Source: Camelus ferus (taxonomy: Eukaryota). Taken from it: a DNA stretch of 64,000 bases. Location: positions 21,018,001 through 21,082,000 of the forward strand of contig NC_045716.1 of assembly GCF_009834535.1 (NCBI RefSeq), read 5' to 3'. The notes under the pieces were generated by a model, which did no database searches, was not told the origin of the DNA, and worked only from the letters and a program-made list of their open reading frames with translations. The stretch's first letter is position 1. Each line of letters begins with the position of its first letter. The position numbers and the translations under genes are program-made. Below are positions 13,646 through 28,306 of the stretch, piece by piece.

Positions 13646-14229
13646 GTTGTCATAGTCAGCTCTGGCTGCTATAACAAATTACCACTGACTGGGTGGCTCA
13701 AACAACAAACATTTATTTCTCACGGTACTGGAGGCCAGCAGATCTGGTGTCTGGAGATGGCACACTTCCTGATTCACAGATGATCGTCTTTTCATNNNNN
13801 NNNNNNNNNNNNNNNNNNNNNNNNNNNNNNNNNNNNNNNNNNNNNNNNNNNNNNNNNNNNNNNNNNNNNNNNNNNNNNNNNNNNNNNNNNNNNNNNNNNN
13901 NNNNNNNNNNNNNNNNNNNNNNNNNNNNNNNNNNNNNNNNNNNNNNNNNNNNNNNNNNNNNNNNNNNNNNNNNNNNNNNNNNNAACACTCACTCCATAGT
14001 GCCTATTTAAAGTAAATGGGAGAGAATCAAACATGAATCATACCTTCCTGAATGGGTTCTATGTCCTAGTGACAAAGTAGTTGATAAGGGAAATTTTTCT
14101 TTATAGACAATTCACAGCTAATAAATGAAGGAGGAACGACCAAATTGGAATATCTCTATTTTGCAATTCTAGTGAAAGAACTGATCTAAATAATGATCAT
14201 CAGTAGCCATTAGAGAAAAAGTTGATGAG

Positions 14230-14694
14230 TATAGGGAGTTGAATAGTGGCCACAAAAAGATATATCCACGTCCTAATCCCTGAAACCTGCAAAAGTTAAC
14301 TTGTTTGGGAAAGGGTCTTTGCGGATGTAATTTATTACATGAATTCATTCCCTAAATTCAGTTAATAGTTTTGAGATGAGATTGTTCTGGATTAGGCAGG
14401 TGAGGCAAATCCAATGACAAGTGCCCTTGTGAGACAGAAAAGGAGACACACACAGGAAAAGAAGGAGGCAGAAATTGCTGCGATGCAGCCAAAGGAGCCC
14501 AGGAACACCACCAGCCACCAGAAGGTATAAGAGGCAAGAAAGAAGTCTCCTTGGAGTCTCCAGAGGGAGCATGAGACTGCCAACACCTTAAGTTTGGATT
14601 TCTGGCCTCCAGAACTGTAAAAGGATAAATTTCTGTTGTCTTAAGCCACCAAGTTTGTGGTACTTTGCCACAGTAGCCGTAGGAATCTAACACA
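14230..14694 (+). mobile_element. MaLR solo LTR (MLT1-type)
   Basis: ATCCACGTCCTAATCCCTGAAACCTG...GGCCTCCAGAACTGTAA...ATAAATTTCTGTTGTCTTAAGCCACCAAGTTTGTGGTA...AGGAATCTAACACA follows the MLT1 LTR layout. Confidence 0.8.
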
Positions 14695-15769
14695 GTGAAG
14701 AACTTTATTATGAATGGATCAGACTTACACTACCTGAATTTACTGATCAAACTTAGCATCACTATTTTAGTCCAGCAACCAGACACCATGGTGTCTGTAC
14801 ATATACTGATGTATGTACAGTATCATACTGTACATACTGTACATATACTGATGTGTGTACAGTATCACTTATGAAATATTCCTGGGGAGAAAAGTGTATG
14901 TACATTTAATCAAACTTCTAAATATAATTACAGGGGACAGGACAATATAAATGACATTTTGAGGATACACTCCAGAATGTGGGAAATCTGATAAGAAAAT
15001 AATCCATTTCATAAACAAACAAAGTGGCATAGATAAAATGAAGGAGAAAGAAGTATTATGGCTTAAAATACACAACCAAAAATGTAATCAAATGCAATTT
15101 GTAAACCTTAGTTGGATTCTGGTTTGAGCCCAAACTATAAAGTTATATTTTTTAGATATTCAGGAGAAATTAATCATGAACTGAATATCAGATAACATTA
15201 ATTCAGTTTTGTTGGGGAGTGTGATGGTAGAATTATGGTTATTTTAAAGTCACTATATATTAGAAATACATACTGAGTATTTACAGGTGAAATGATAGGG
15301 TGTTTGAGATTTGCTTTAAAATACTCCAGCAAAAACGATACAAATGAGGGGATTCATGAAACAAGAATGATAGAGTTTTGAAATTGTCAAACTGGATGAT
15401 GAAGTGGTTTGCTGTTCAGTTCTCTCTAGTTTTGTGTACGCTTGAAATTCTCTATAACAAAAAAATAATAGTAACAGCAATATGAAGAGTAGTAATAAGA
15501 ATTGGTGGTCACGTGTTTTTATGGGCAAAGAAACAGAGCTTTGCAGCAAGTGAAAAGCTCCTCCCACGACTATTTCTCATGTGACCTCTTGACAAAGGCT
15601 GAAGGCATCATACTGAAGAAAAGCCATCTTCCTACAGGCTGAGCTGCAAGGCCCAGGATTTTGGCCTTCTGGGGTTCTGACTCCATAATACATCAGAACT
15701 TAGAAAACCCAGAAGTGTAGAGGAGTGGGTGACTACCAATATGTCCCAGAACGTAGGCTGCCCTCCTTG

Positions 15770-16230
15770 CTGGTGGTAGATATCAGTGCTGGTGCTGTTC
15801 GCCAAGTATTTTCAGTTCTACCTCCAGGCCAAAGCAGGATTGCTCTTTCCTGCCCCCTTGTGGTTGAGTGGGGCCGTGTGATTAGTTCTGGAGAATGAGT
15901 TGTGAACAGACAAGACAGGTGTCCCTGGAGATTGTAGCTATTAATTGCTTGTATAAGACCTTCAGAGCTCTTTTTATTTTTTCCTTTGGCATGGTGATTG
16001 ATGGCATTTGAGATGGTGGCTTCTCCATCAACCTGGGTCCCTGAATAACTAAAATGAGAAGAGCCCCCTTGTTAACCATGATGCACATGTAACCTGAGTG
16101 AGAAATAAACCTTTGGTGTTTTAAGCCATTGAGATTAGGGCTCATTGAGTTGAGAGATAGAGATTAGGGATTTAAGCCATTGAGATTGCTTTTTATCACA
16201 GCATAATTTAGTTTACCCTGGCTAATCAGT
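15770..16230 (+). mobile_element. Old MaLR LTR (MLT1-type)
   Basis: ...GAGAAATAAACCTTTGGTGTTTTAAGCCATTGAGATT... is the typical MLT1 3' end. Confidence 0.6.
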
Positions 16231-17187
16231 GCCATATAGCAACCAATTCTACAGGCTAGCTGATAACAACCTGAATGATAATTATTATTGTTCTTCTGTT
16301 ATTATCCTTATTATTTATTGATGATTATAAGCACCAGTTATGGAGTGCCTCTTATGTGTACCAGGCATGTACTACCCAGTCCAGGCATTGTCTCAATTAC
16401 TGCAATTACTGCCCACAACAAACTTGGGAGGCAGATACACTTATCACATGACCAGGATGAGAAAACCAAAGCTTAGGAACTGGCACAAATATTTCACTTG
16501 CTATATGAGAGTTACTGGAGATGCTTTTCATTCAGTCATCCTCTGTCCCTTACATAAAGCCCCATGGGATAAATTTTCTTTAACAATAATTCCAAGAAAC
16601 CTCTTGGAAAGCAATTTTACAACATGTGTCAAGCACGATTAGAAAGTTCATACTCTTTGTTCCAGTCACTACTATTCTCTAGCCCAGGATTTTTGTGGTG
16701 CAGTTAGATTGCTTGAACAGTAATAAATGACTAAATAAATAAATAGGATATATAATATAGTATACATTAAGGAAAATAAATTAATGAAGTTTGAGTTGTT
16801 TAGAGTTACTAGCATGTTTCTTTCAGCCAGATGTTAAGAATGTTCCGGGTCCAGTTGCCCCTTTTGCCCTGAGGCCATGGTGGTGGTAAACGCTTAATCG
16901 AATGAGCAATCACTCTGAAGTATCAGCCCAGCGAGGACCTTATTGTGTTGGTTTTTGCTTCCTCCTCCTTACGAGGGGTTAATTTCCTGTCAGTTGTAAA
17001 AAGCTGTATGAATTTCCTACCTTTAGTAGTAATCCTGCAAACCCTTCTCGGAGACTGGCAGGAGACAAACACATTTTGAAGTATGTTTAGGTCCACCTTA
17101 TATTTGTTCCGTGGTGCCCAGGGGCTAAGCCTGGGGGTTTGGAGCGCTCCTGGCAGATGAGCTAGAGCAGTCTTAGGTGAGTGTGTG

Positions 17188-17201
17188 GCGCCCCCGCGTG
17201 G
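17188..17201 (-). promoter_or_regulatory. CTCF motif
   Basis: Minus strand reads CCACGCGGGGGCGC, fitting the CCGCGNGGNGGCAG / CCASYAGRKGGCRS core at most positions. Confidence 0.5.
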
Positions 17202-17445
17202 TGCCTGGCACACCACCACCCAGGGTTCTCACAGTGGGCGGTGTCTCCAACTCTCCTGCCACCTTTTGTTGCCTGCTCCTTGAAATCCCTTTCTTGCAGG
17301 CTCACTCCTCAGGAGCAGTGGAGCTTCCTCTTAGTCTGTCTTCCTAGGCGCGCCGTCAGCACGCTGGGTGCAAGGTTATCCCCCTCAACCCCCGACACCT
17401 CGCCGCGCTTACAGCTTCGCCCAACACAAAATGTCCTAAAGTTAT

Positions 17446-17451
17446 TTTATT
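17446..17451 (-). terminator. HAPLN2 polyadenylation signal AATAAA
   Basis: TTTATT on plus, about 330 nt past the HAPLN2 stop. Confidence 0.7.
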
Positions 17452-17779
17452 GCTGTATACAGAAGTCAGTTAATGCCCCCTGGACGCCCCTCCTGCTGCC
17501 TAGTAGGGGCTGCGAGGTCGGCTAGGGGCACGCGAACCGCTGCAGGTCCTAGGGTTGTAGCGGCGCTCCGCCACCAGGGGCGCCACCACCCTCTCTCCCC
17601 GACGCCCGGCCAGCCGGGATCCTTGGCCCGCAGCGCCCGGCTGGGAAGACAGGTAAGGAGGGGCCGCTCTACGTCTGATGGAAGGGGAGGCTCGCGGAAA
17701 AGAGGCAGAGAGAGACCCCTGCCACGACTTACTTAGACTTTGTCCCTCCCGCGCTCCCTGGAGGGGGTGCGGTTGGCCC

Positions 17780-19766
<1,987 letters not shown>

Positions 19767-20099
19767 GATGGGGAGTCAGCCCAGCGCAGTCTGCAGGGCA
19801 CAAAGGGTGGGCATCCCTTAGGACTAAGAGTGGAGGGTGGGGCAGGGTAGGAGATGAACTCCCATCAGGGATTCCTCAGAGGGGACTGTCCAGCTGGAAG
19901 CCATGGGGGCAGAAGTTGGTGGTAAAAGGAAAGAGATGGGGGGAGGGATTAGTAACAAATTTCACTCCACCCAGGCCTCCTGTACCCATCTCCCTCTCTC
20001 ACATTCCTTCAGTCTGCAGGTCCTGATTTAGCACCTCCTCTACCTATCTGCTTCCCACGTCTTGCCTTCCAGATTGCCAGCTCTGGTCTCCATCCTCTT

Positions 20100-20480
20100 C
20101 TGACACCCATTCCATCTGAAGCCAGCGTAAATGTGGTCTTGTCACTCTCCTGCTTAAAACAGTGTCTCCCTATTGCCCTGGAGATCAAATCCAGTCTCCT
20201 AATCTGCTTCCAAGGCTCTCTGTGATCCAGCCTCTCCCTGCACCTCCAACATCGCCCCCTCCTCCCTGCCCCTCACCAGCTGTGCCCTCTGCACTGTGCT
20301 CCAGACATGTTCTGGCTCCAGCACAGTCCAATTTCACTCTCACCTTCTTTCAGGCAATCAGTTTGAGCCTCACCTCCTCTGGGAAAACTTTTCTCACCCC
20401 TCAGTTCATCATGCTGTAGTGCACTGTGAGCTACTCCTCTGGTTCCCCTACTGCACTGGACTGGGGACTTTTTTTTCTTA
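20100..20480 (+). mobile_element. L2 LINE 3' fragment
   Basis: CACTCTCCTGCTTAAAAC...CCTATTGCCCTGGAGATCAAATCCAGTCTCC is L2-like. Similar fragments at about 37.4-38.0 kb and 55.05-55.3 kb. Confidence 0.55.
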
Positions 20481-22390
20481 GAAGTACTTCTGTTAGCAGC
20501 TAAATTACAGTGCGAATTTGAAAGTAATACATATGCATATGTAGACTATATCCATGAGATTTCCAGTAATTACAAAGTTACAAATTATAAAGCAATAAAA
20601 ATGATTTCAAACGTGGTCATCTATTTCAGGAGTTGATTCTCTCCCCCCTTCTTTATTGTACCTATTCTTTATCACCTTGGCCATTTTGTTTAAATTGGAT
20701 TGAGGACTCCTTAACCTAGTTTTATTCATTTTGAAAATCTGATTCCTCCACTTCCTAATTACATGACTTTGAACAAGTTGCTTAACCTCTCTCTGCCTTT
20801 AATCTCTTCATCAGTAAAATGTGGCCAATAATAGCACACCTACCTACCTCGCTGAGTAGTGGTGAGGATTAGATGAAATAATATATGTAAAATAGGGCCT
20901 GATATTTAGTAAGTGTTGTGTATATGTTGTCATCTGCAGCTCCCAGAATAGTTTCTGGCACACAGCAGGTGCTAAATAAATGTGTGTGTTAGTGAATGAG
21001 CTCACATTAAGGACTTCTGGGAAGAAGAGTGGGGACACAGATGAAGGAAATACTGAAGAGGAGTCAGAAAGCTAATTTGCTGAGCTCCGTCTTCCTGCAG
21101 ATGAAGGACAGAGCCGAGCGTGCAGCAGGGGAGAGAGAGGTTAGGCGCAGAAAGAACTGCCTGATGGTTATAAACGAAAGCCTCTGGGACAGAGACATGA
21201 GCGAGAGAACCACGTCTGCACAGGAGTACCTGGTAAGCACAGTGATAGCGGGAACTCAGATTGATTGAGGGACCAATAGTAACGATAGCCACCACTCACA
21301 CGTCTAAAGTCTAACATGCCTGAAACTGCTCTAAGCACTTTACATGTCCACTTTAATATTTATTCCCCTTAGCAATCCTATGAGGTAGGAATGATGATAA
21401 GTCTCATTTTATAGATGCTTAAAGGTGCACACATTTCAGGAAACTTGAGTGAGGTTACGCAGTTAGTAAAAGGAGGGGTTTGCTGGGACTTGAATCTGGA
21501 TTTAACATGAGGTTCAAGCTCTTCATTACTGATCTGTATTTCTGTATCTCAAAGTAGGTGCACATATATGTTCTTCATACCCCTTACAGAGCATGAGAGA
21601 GCAGCCCAGGGCTCCAGTGCCTACCTAACCCCACCAACTTATGATGTTTTATTTAATATACATATTCATAATTTTTATGGGACAATTTTAGGTATAATAT
21701 AAAATTATTTCACTGGTAATTATTTTATGAGCATTCTGATCAATAGTATGCTGTAAGATATTTTGACACTGACCTGTTAGACGCGAGTCTCTTCACAGGG
21801 TTGGAGGGAGCAGTGATTGGCAGCGTTTTGTCCTGCTTGAGGAAGAGGTTCCGGATGAAGGAGTTGCCTGGTCCCCTGGGATGTCCAAGTGTCTCAGAGC
21901 CCCAGGACTTGGGGCCCCTGGTCAGTGTGGTCTCTCCTTTTGCATCTTTGAGGAAAGGCTTCTGCCCTGAGTTCAAAGAAGCCAAAGTGCCAAGAACTCC
22001 CCCACCCATCACTCCACCAAGCCAGGCTAAGTGACCGGAGTCCAGCTCTGTGACTGGGCACTATATCTGCGGCACTCACTGTCCTGGGCCCAGGGGAAGA
22101 CAGGGCTTTGGAAGAGGCATGGGGATCCATGATGATGGATGGAGTAAAGGAGGCAACACAGGAATGATTACTTGGAATATTTCGGAGAATGGAGTGCCTT
22201 GTATCTTCTAGATGCTCTTGGACCAGAGAAGGGGTGGACTGACTGGTGGGTATGAGGATGTTGGACCTATAGGTATGGGGATGAACAACAAATGAGGCTC
22301 AAAGATCCCTAAGTGTCAAACTCCAGCTGCCTCCATTTTTCCCTACAGGCCTCCTCTACGCAGCACCACCCACCCCAACATAGTCCTCAC

Positions 22391-22550
22391 CTCTGCCCTC
22401 CGGTGCCTGGGTGCGCATTGCCTGTGGGAGGGGACTCTCAAGGTAAGAATCAGACTTCCAGGACCTCCAGCTGCTTCAAGAAACCTGATCCCTTCTGTCC
22501 AGCCCCCCTGTCCGTCGTCTGTCTGTCCTTTCCTTCTCTGTCCCTACCCC
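22391..22550 (-). other. HAPLN2: Candidate HAPLN2 5'-UTR exon (upper limit uncertain)
   Basis: Minus-strand donor GAG|GTGAGG with GT at 22390-22389. The first coding exon has an acceptor at 19790 with only 24 nt of UTR, so upstream exons are required. Other candidate minus donors end exons at 23951 and 24531. Confidence 0.5.
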
Positions 22551-25500
22551 ATCGGAAGCACAATTTCCCATTGTCTCCCTCTTTTCCCCTATTGTTGAAT
22601 AACAGGGGCCCTTTCTTTATCCTGTGGGTAATGGCAACGAAATGTCAACAGCTGGGGATGTGGGATGCAGGACCAGCTGGCACACACCACCGGAAAAAGG
22701 GCCTGGGTGAGGGCGGGCTCAGAACAGGAACTGACATCCCCAAGGAAAAGAAAATGGGGAAATGGAGAGAGAAGGTTGGTGAGAAAGTTGAAATAGGGTC
22801 CCTCTCAATATTTAAGCTTCAGGCTCTAAAGAGATTTTTGTATAAGGCCAGGGGATGGTTGGGCTCCATGGAGGTCAGAATGAGCGGTTAGAATTGTAAT
22901 AGGAGAGGTGGAAATTAGACAGCAAGGAGAATTTTTTGTGTCTCTGGGAAGGACATAGGAATTTCTGAGGATGGAAAGACTTTGGAAAGCTCTCCGAGAG
23001 AGGTCATCTTGTTTGTTCCCTAGTTCCCCACCTCCTCCAGCAGATGGATAATCTTAAAGTTCTCAAGAGAAAGGAGATCCTTACCATCCCCAGCAGGAAA
23101 TTCACTTCTCTAAAGTCCATTTTATTAGGACATTCTTTTTGAAGTCTAAACTCCTGCTGGAATTTAAGTCTTATTTTTTAAACCTTTCTATTGAGGTATA
23201 ATTTACATACAACAAGGGGCAGGTCTTAAGTGTACAGCTCAATAAATTTTGATATGTGTACACACCATGTAACTACCATAGATCAAGATATACAACATAT
23301 CCAACAGCCAGAATAAGCCTATTTCTTTTTTGTATGCCTTCCATGCGAAAGGAGGACCCCCTCCGTAAATAGCCAGTTAGAAACGTTTCGAGCTTCAGAG
23401 GACCTCTTAGCCTCTTTTCTCTTGGCTGATCAACCCACCATCAGTAGCTTCATGTCACTAAATCATACACTTTCAGAACTGGAGGAGACCTCAGGACACT
23501 TAGCTTCCTCATTTACCAGACAAAGAGCAGAAAGGAGGGAAAGCAACTTGCCCAAGATCACACAGAATGCAGTTATAGAATGTTTTGCTAGAATGTTCTG
23601 CTTTGCCCACTAATCCCTCTTCCAGTCCTCTCCTGGCTCTCCGAGACAGCGGAGCCCAGGGCCTTTACTGGGGCCTTATTTGATAGCAGGGAGCCCACCC
23701 CGATCATGGCCTTTAGGCACTGGAGTGACTGTCTTTTTCATTCCGCTCTGTCCCTTCCTAAGCCCTTCCCTCTTCCTCCCAGAGTGAGGGACAAACGAGA
23801 ACAGACAAATAGCCGCCTGTCTCCTCTGCTAGGACACCCTGATCCCGCGCATCTGATTGGCTTCTGCCCAACGCAAACAAACAACCTCCCGCAGAGACCC
23901 AGCATATAAAGGCTCCAGGATGACAGTAGTGCCCCCGTTCCCAGGCTCACCCTTCGCAGCTCCTTGCTTTAAACTGTGGTTTGGAAGTCTCTGATATGTA
24001 AATCCGTAAAAGATTGAGTCTGGCAGGGAGGAAGGCCTGGAACTATTTGATAGAACCCTTTGAGGATGGAATGAGAAAGGAACAGAGCAGGAATAAATAC
24101 AGTGTGAATAATCCAACTGTGTTTAGTTTGCTCCAGGTCACGTTCATTCTCAGTTCTCCCCAGGAGACACTGCGAGGTAGGAATGGGGTAAGACGGCTCA
24201 GGCTTGAGTTGGGGTCTTTTCACTGAACTGTATCTTCTGAGGAGAGGCCTTTGTCACTCCTGCTACCGGCTGACCAGGGAGAGGGAGGTGGAACCATCTT
24301 GGACAAGCATGAAGTCCTGCCACCTCTTTCCCTGACACCCCAGACTCAGCTTCCACCCTCCAGGCACATTTAGCTGACCAAGGTCCTGGCCCCTTGGTGA
24401 TGGCAAGCATGGTCCCAGTTTACTACTGGGATTGTTGCATGAAGGACTGGAAGAGTTGGCAAAGCAGAGCGAGGCTAGGTGTGCCTGGCGGGGCTTCCCT
24501 CTCCTTCCAGTGAAATTCACGTGCACTCACAGCTGCCTCCCTGCGGCCGAGTCTTCTGTAGACGCTGCAGGGCAGCCTCACACTCCTTCGCTGCTGGTTC
24601 TCACTTTTCTCCTCCTCCCTGGGAGCCCCCAGGATGCTGTCTTTTCTCTGGCCCTGGCTCAGACCTCTTGTGGGGCTGGATCCTGGCTGCACTGTAGTAC
24701 AATGTGGGAGGTGAGCCTGGGGATATCAGCCTTGTGGAAAGGCATATTTTCCACTCAGGACACCCAAATGGCTTTTGTACTGTGGGTAGAGTCAAGAGTG
24801 GGAAGGAAGAAGATGTGGCCATGCCTTTGGGTGGAGGGGGCATGAGGCCATGGAGGCTACAGGGAGGAACACAGGACCACTTATCAGATACTGACTTCTT
24901 ATGAGGCTCTATACCAACCTTCTGGAACTTCAGACTTCCGAATTATCAAATGGGAACCACACCTACGCAATGGGACGGGCTGGTGTGAGGGTGATGGAGC
25001 AGACTTCTACCAAGTGAAAAGCACACTGTGAATGAGGTTCATTGTTATAATGGTTCGTTCAACTGGGAAAAAGTTTAAAGAAGGAGAGAACAAGGTGGGA
25101 AAGAGCTGAGCCCCATTAGACCCATTCATCCTCGCACTAGCCACATTCTCTAAGAAAAGACGGGGCCCCTCATGGGGCTGGGGTCTCTCTCTAAACAGTG
25201 AGGGTGTCCCTCTCTATTTTTTCATCTCAATCTCTCTATTTCCATCTCTGTGAAGAATGGGAGGATGCCACCACCAAGCCTCAGATGCCATGTGGAGCCC
25301 TGACTGTGCCGGATCTTGGGCTGCCCTGCCTAGCTCAGAAGTCCTGGACAGAACTCATTTCCCTGTGGGTCAGACCAGCCCCTTGATGTGGGGCTTTTGA
25401 GAAGTGGGCCTTACTGATCAGAACCTAGAAACTAGAGGTGAAGTTGTCCAGAGGGAGGAGCTGGCTGGCTCCATGGGCAGCTTCTTTCTGGCTCTGAAAG

Positions 25501-28292
25501 GTCCTGAAGGAATGGGAGGGGAGTGTCTTGTCCTCATCTTAACCTGGCAGATATTCAGGTTTGTCAACCATCTCTGTCCTGAGGGATAACACCTGTTCTA
25601 TGTCCAAGGTAGATGGGGGTGAAGCAAAATGGTAGAAAGCGCAGAGAACAGTAAACGACAAACGTCTAGAGGCTATTTTCATGGTTACTAAGATTTAACA
25701 ATTATATTTTACATATTACTGATCGTGTTACCTATCACTTCTGTTTGTCACATCAGTTCATGACTATTTTCAAGGAGACCATTGAAATTGTATTTTTGTT
25801 CAGCCGCTTCTGCAAATACCTTGAAATCCCAAGTTCTCATTTTATCAGCCCTTCTCATTCTCCCAGGTCTCAAGATCTGCTCTCTCAAATCCCTGCTTCT
25901 GTTCTCCTTCTGGCCAATTTGTGTTGCATCTGACTTTACTTCATACAGACTCTCACTCCTAGTCTCACACTGGTCAAACTTAGCCCAGAAGTAAGAAGAT
26001 TTGCAAGTAGTAATCAACCATTCTCAGACCAGAATGTGAATAACTGGAAAAAGTGAGCCCCAACTTATAGTTCTACATTCTTTCACATGGGAGACGTGAA
26101 TACTCTCACAGTATTATCATTCCCATTTTATGGGCAAGGAAACCAATGTCTAGAGAAAGTTAGTAAATTGCTAGTAAGTAACCCAGGTGGCTCATCTCCA
26201 AAGGTAGATGAATTCCTCCCTTCTGTGAAAGAAAATTCCTCCAAACTTAGAAAAGGCAAAATGAAGATGGCTTGGGTTTTGTTCTTGTTGGTATCACTGT
26301 AGAGCATTGTCTGCAAGATTGCATGACACTCAATTGACTCTCCTGGGAAATGTAACTTTATTGCTCCAGCATGTCTGATAAATAATCAACAATGACACAG
26401 GTGAAACATTTATAGTCCTGTATGGTTAGTGGTTAACTTGCAGAGGTTGATAAAATGATAGGGTTTATTGCCCAATAGCAAAGTCAACCACAAGGGTGTT
26501 CTGGTTTTATTATCCTAGAAAGTTGACCAATCTACATCTAAATTAGTAATCTTATTTTGGCAGTCCTTTTTTTATTGACTGTATAAATCCCTGTTTCTCA
26601 AATGCTCTTCAAAGCAGCTCTGTTGTCTTCTTCCTAGTTTCCGCATTAATGAGTTAAAAAAATCTTTGACATGAGTAACAAATAACTTTGACAATTGTGT
26701 CTTTTCACTCCTCAACTTTCCTATATTGAAGTCAACACACTAGTGCTTTCTGTTTCCCTCAAATAGCAGATCCACTGGTACAACTAGCACGTGAGTTCCC
26801 TGCGAGACTGAACTCGCTTGAGGGGAGGACACTTGGAATCTCCAGCCTGCAGAGGACCAGCAAGGGCACTGGAGGAAGTGGCCATTCTCAGCAAGAGTCC
26901 ACAGTGCCGTCTTGTAGTTACAGCTAGGCTGGCTGCTGCTCCAGTGGGCCACCACTGTTAGAGCAACTCAGTTCCATTAGCAACATCACAGACTATAATG
27001 TGTCCCTTGTGCTTCCTCCAGGAAGCCTCCCAAGAAACAGCTGAACAGTTTTCTCACCTGGCATACACTAGGCCATTCAGAAAATATTTACTAAATGAAC
27101 AAATAAAACTGAGGGTTCCCCCCCACCCCCAGTTTCTGTAAGCTTAACCAAAAGACAGGGCATAATGGTTAAGTTCCACAGGCTCTGGAATTTGAGTGTC
27201 TGGAGATAAACTTCAGACAACCTATTCACTAGATAAAATTAGGCAACTTACCTTCTTTTTATTTCAGTGTTTTTGTCTGAAAATGAGGATAACAACATCA
27301 ATAATTAGAACAGGGCCTGACTCATAAAATGCACTCAATACATCTTAGCCCCTTACTACTGGTGAGCTGAAGTGTCAAAGGGAGCAGAAGCAATCAAAAC
27401 ACAGATACTGACTGATTGATTCTAAGGGATCACCTGATTTTTAAGGACATAAAAACCACACACACATACAAGTCAATGTCCTATTTATTTTCATTTATAT
27501 GTTATAAAACATAACAAAATTAATACAGGAATATAAAGAAAAAAATTAAACCACTAACAAAGGGATAAAGGAAAAGTAAAATCCTGCTTGCTTCCTTTCC
27601 TGCCTTCCTTCTTCTCATTTCTTTCTGGAACAATTAAACCATTGGTAAGCCTCTTTTGTTTATGTCCAGAAAGTTTTTAAGAATCTACAAGAATGCAGAT
27701 AAGTACAAACACACATTATGCATATATTCTTTTTTTTTAACTAGTTGAGATCATATTATACAAACTGTTCCTTACTTTGCTTTTTTAATCTAATAATGTG
27801 TTATGAGCATCTGTTATTAGCACATGACATAAAGCTTCTTCATTCTTTTATGTGTGTGCATAATATTCCAGTGGGTGACTGTAGCATAATTTATTTGATA
27901 AGATGCCTATCATTGCTAGAGGTTGGGACAACCAGTTAGCCATCTTGGGAAAAAAAAATCTGATCCATAACGCATTCCTTAAACGAAATAAATTCCAAGA
28001 AGCTCAAAGACTTAAGTGTAAAAATGAAGCCAGAATGAATTGTAGAATAATAATTTTTGCAAATTGGAAGGCAAATTTTATTGCTTTCTTAAAAACTGAT
28101 TACACAACGATGCACTTCATTTTAGACAATTTAACAAACGTAAAAACATTTAAAAACGGAAAGTCCCCCTAAATCCTACCACATGGAGAAAATAAATTTT
28201 AACGTTTTGTTGTCTGTCCCATCAAACTTTCAAGGCATTTTGTACTATGTGTATGAATTTTGTCGTGATTTAATGTGCAATAAAAAAGACAG

Positions 28293-28306
28293 CCAGCAGG
28301 TGGCGC
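28293..28306 (+). promoter_or_regulatory. CTCF motif
   Basis: CCAGCAGGTGGCGC matches the CCASYAGRKGGCRS consensus exactly. Confidence 0.65.
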
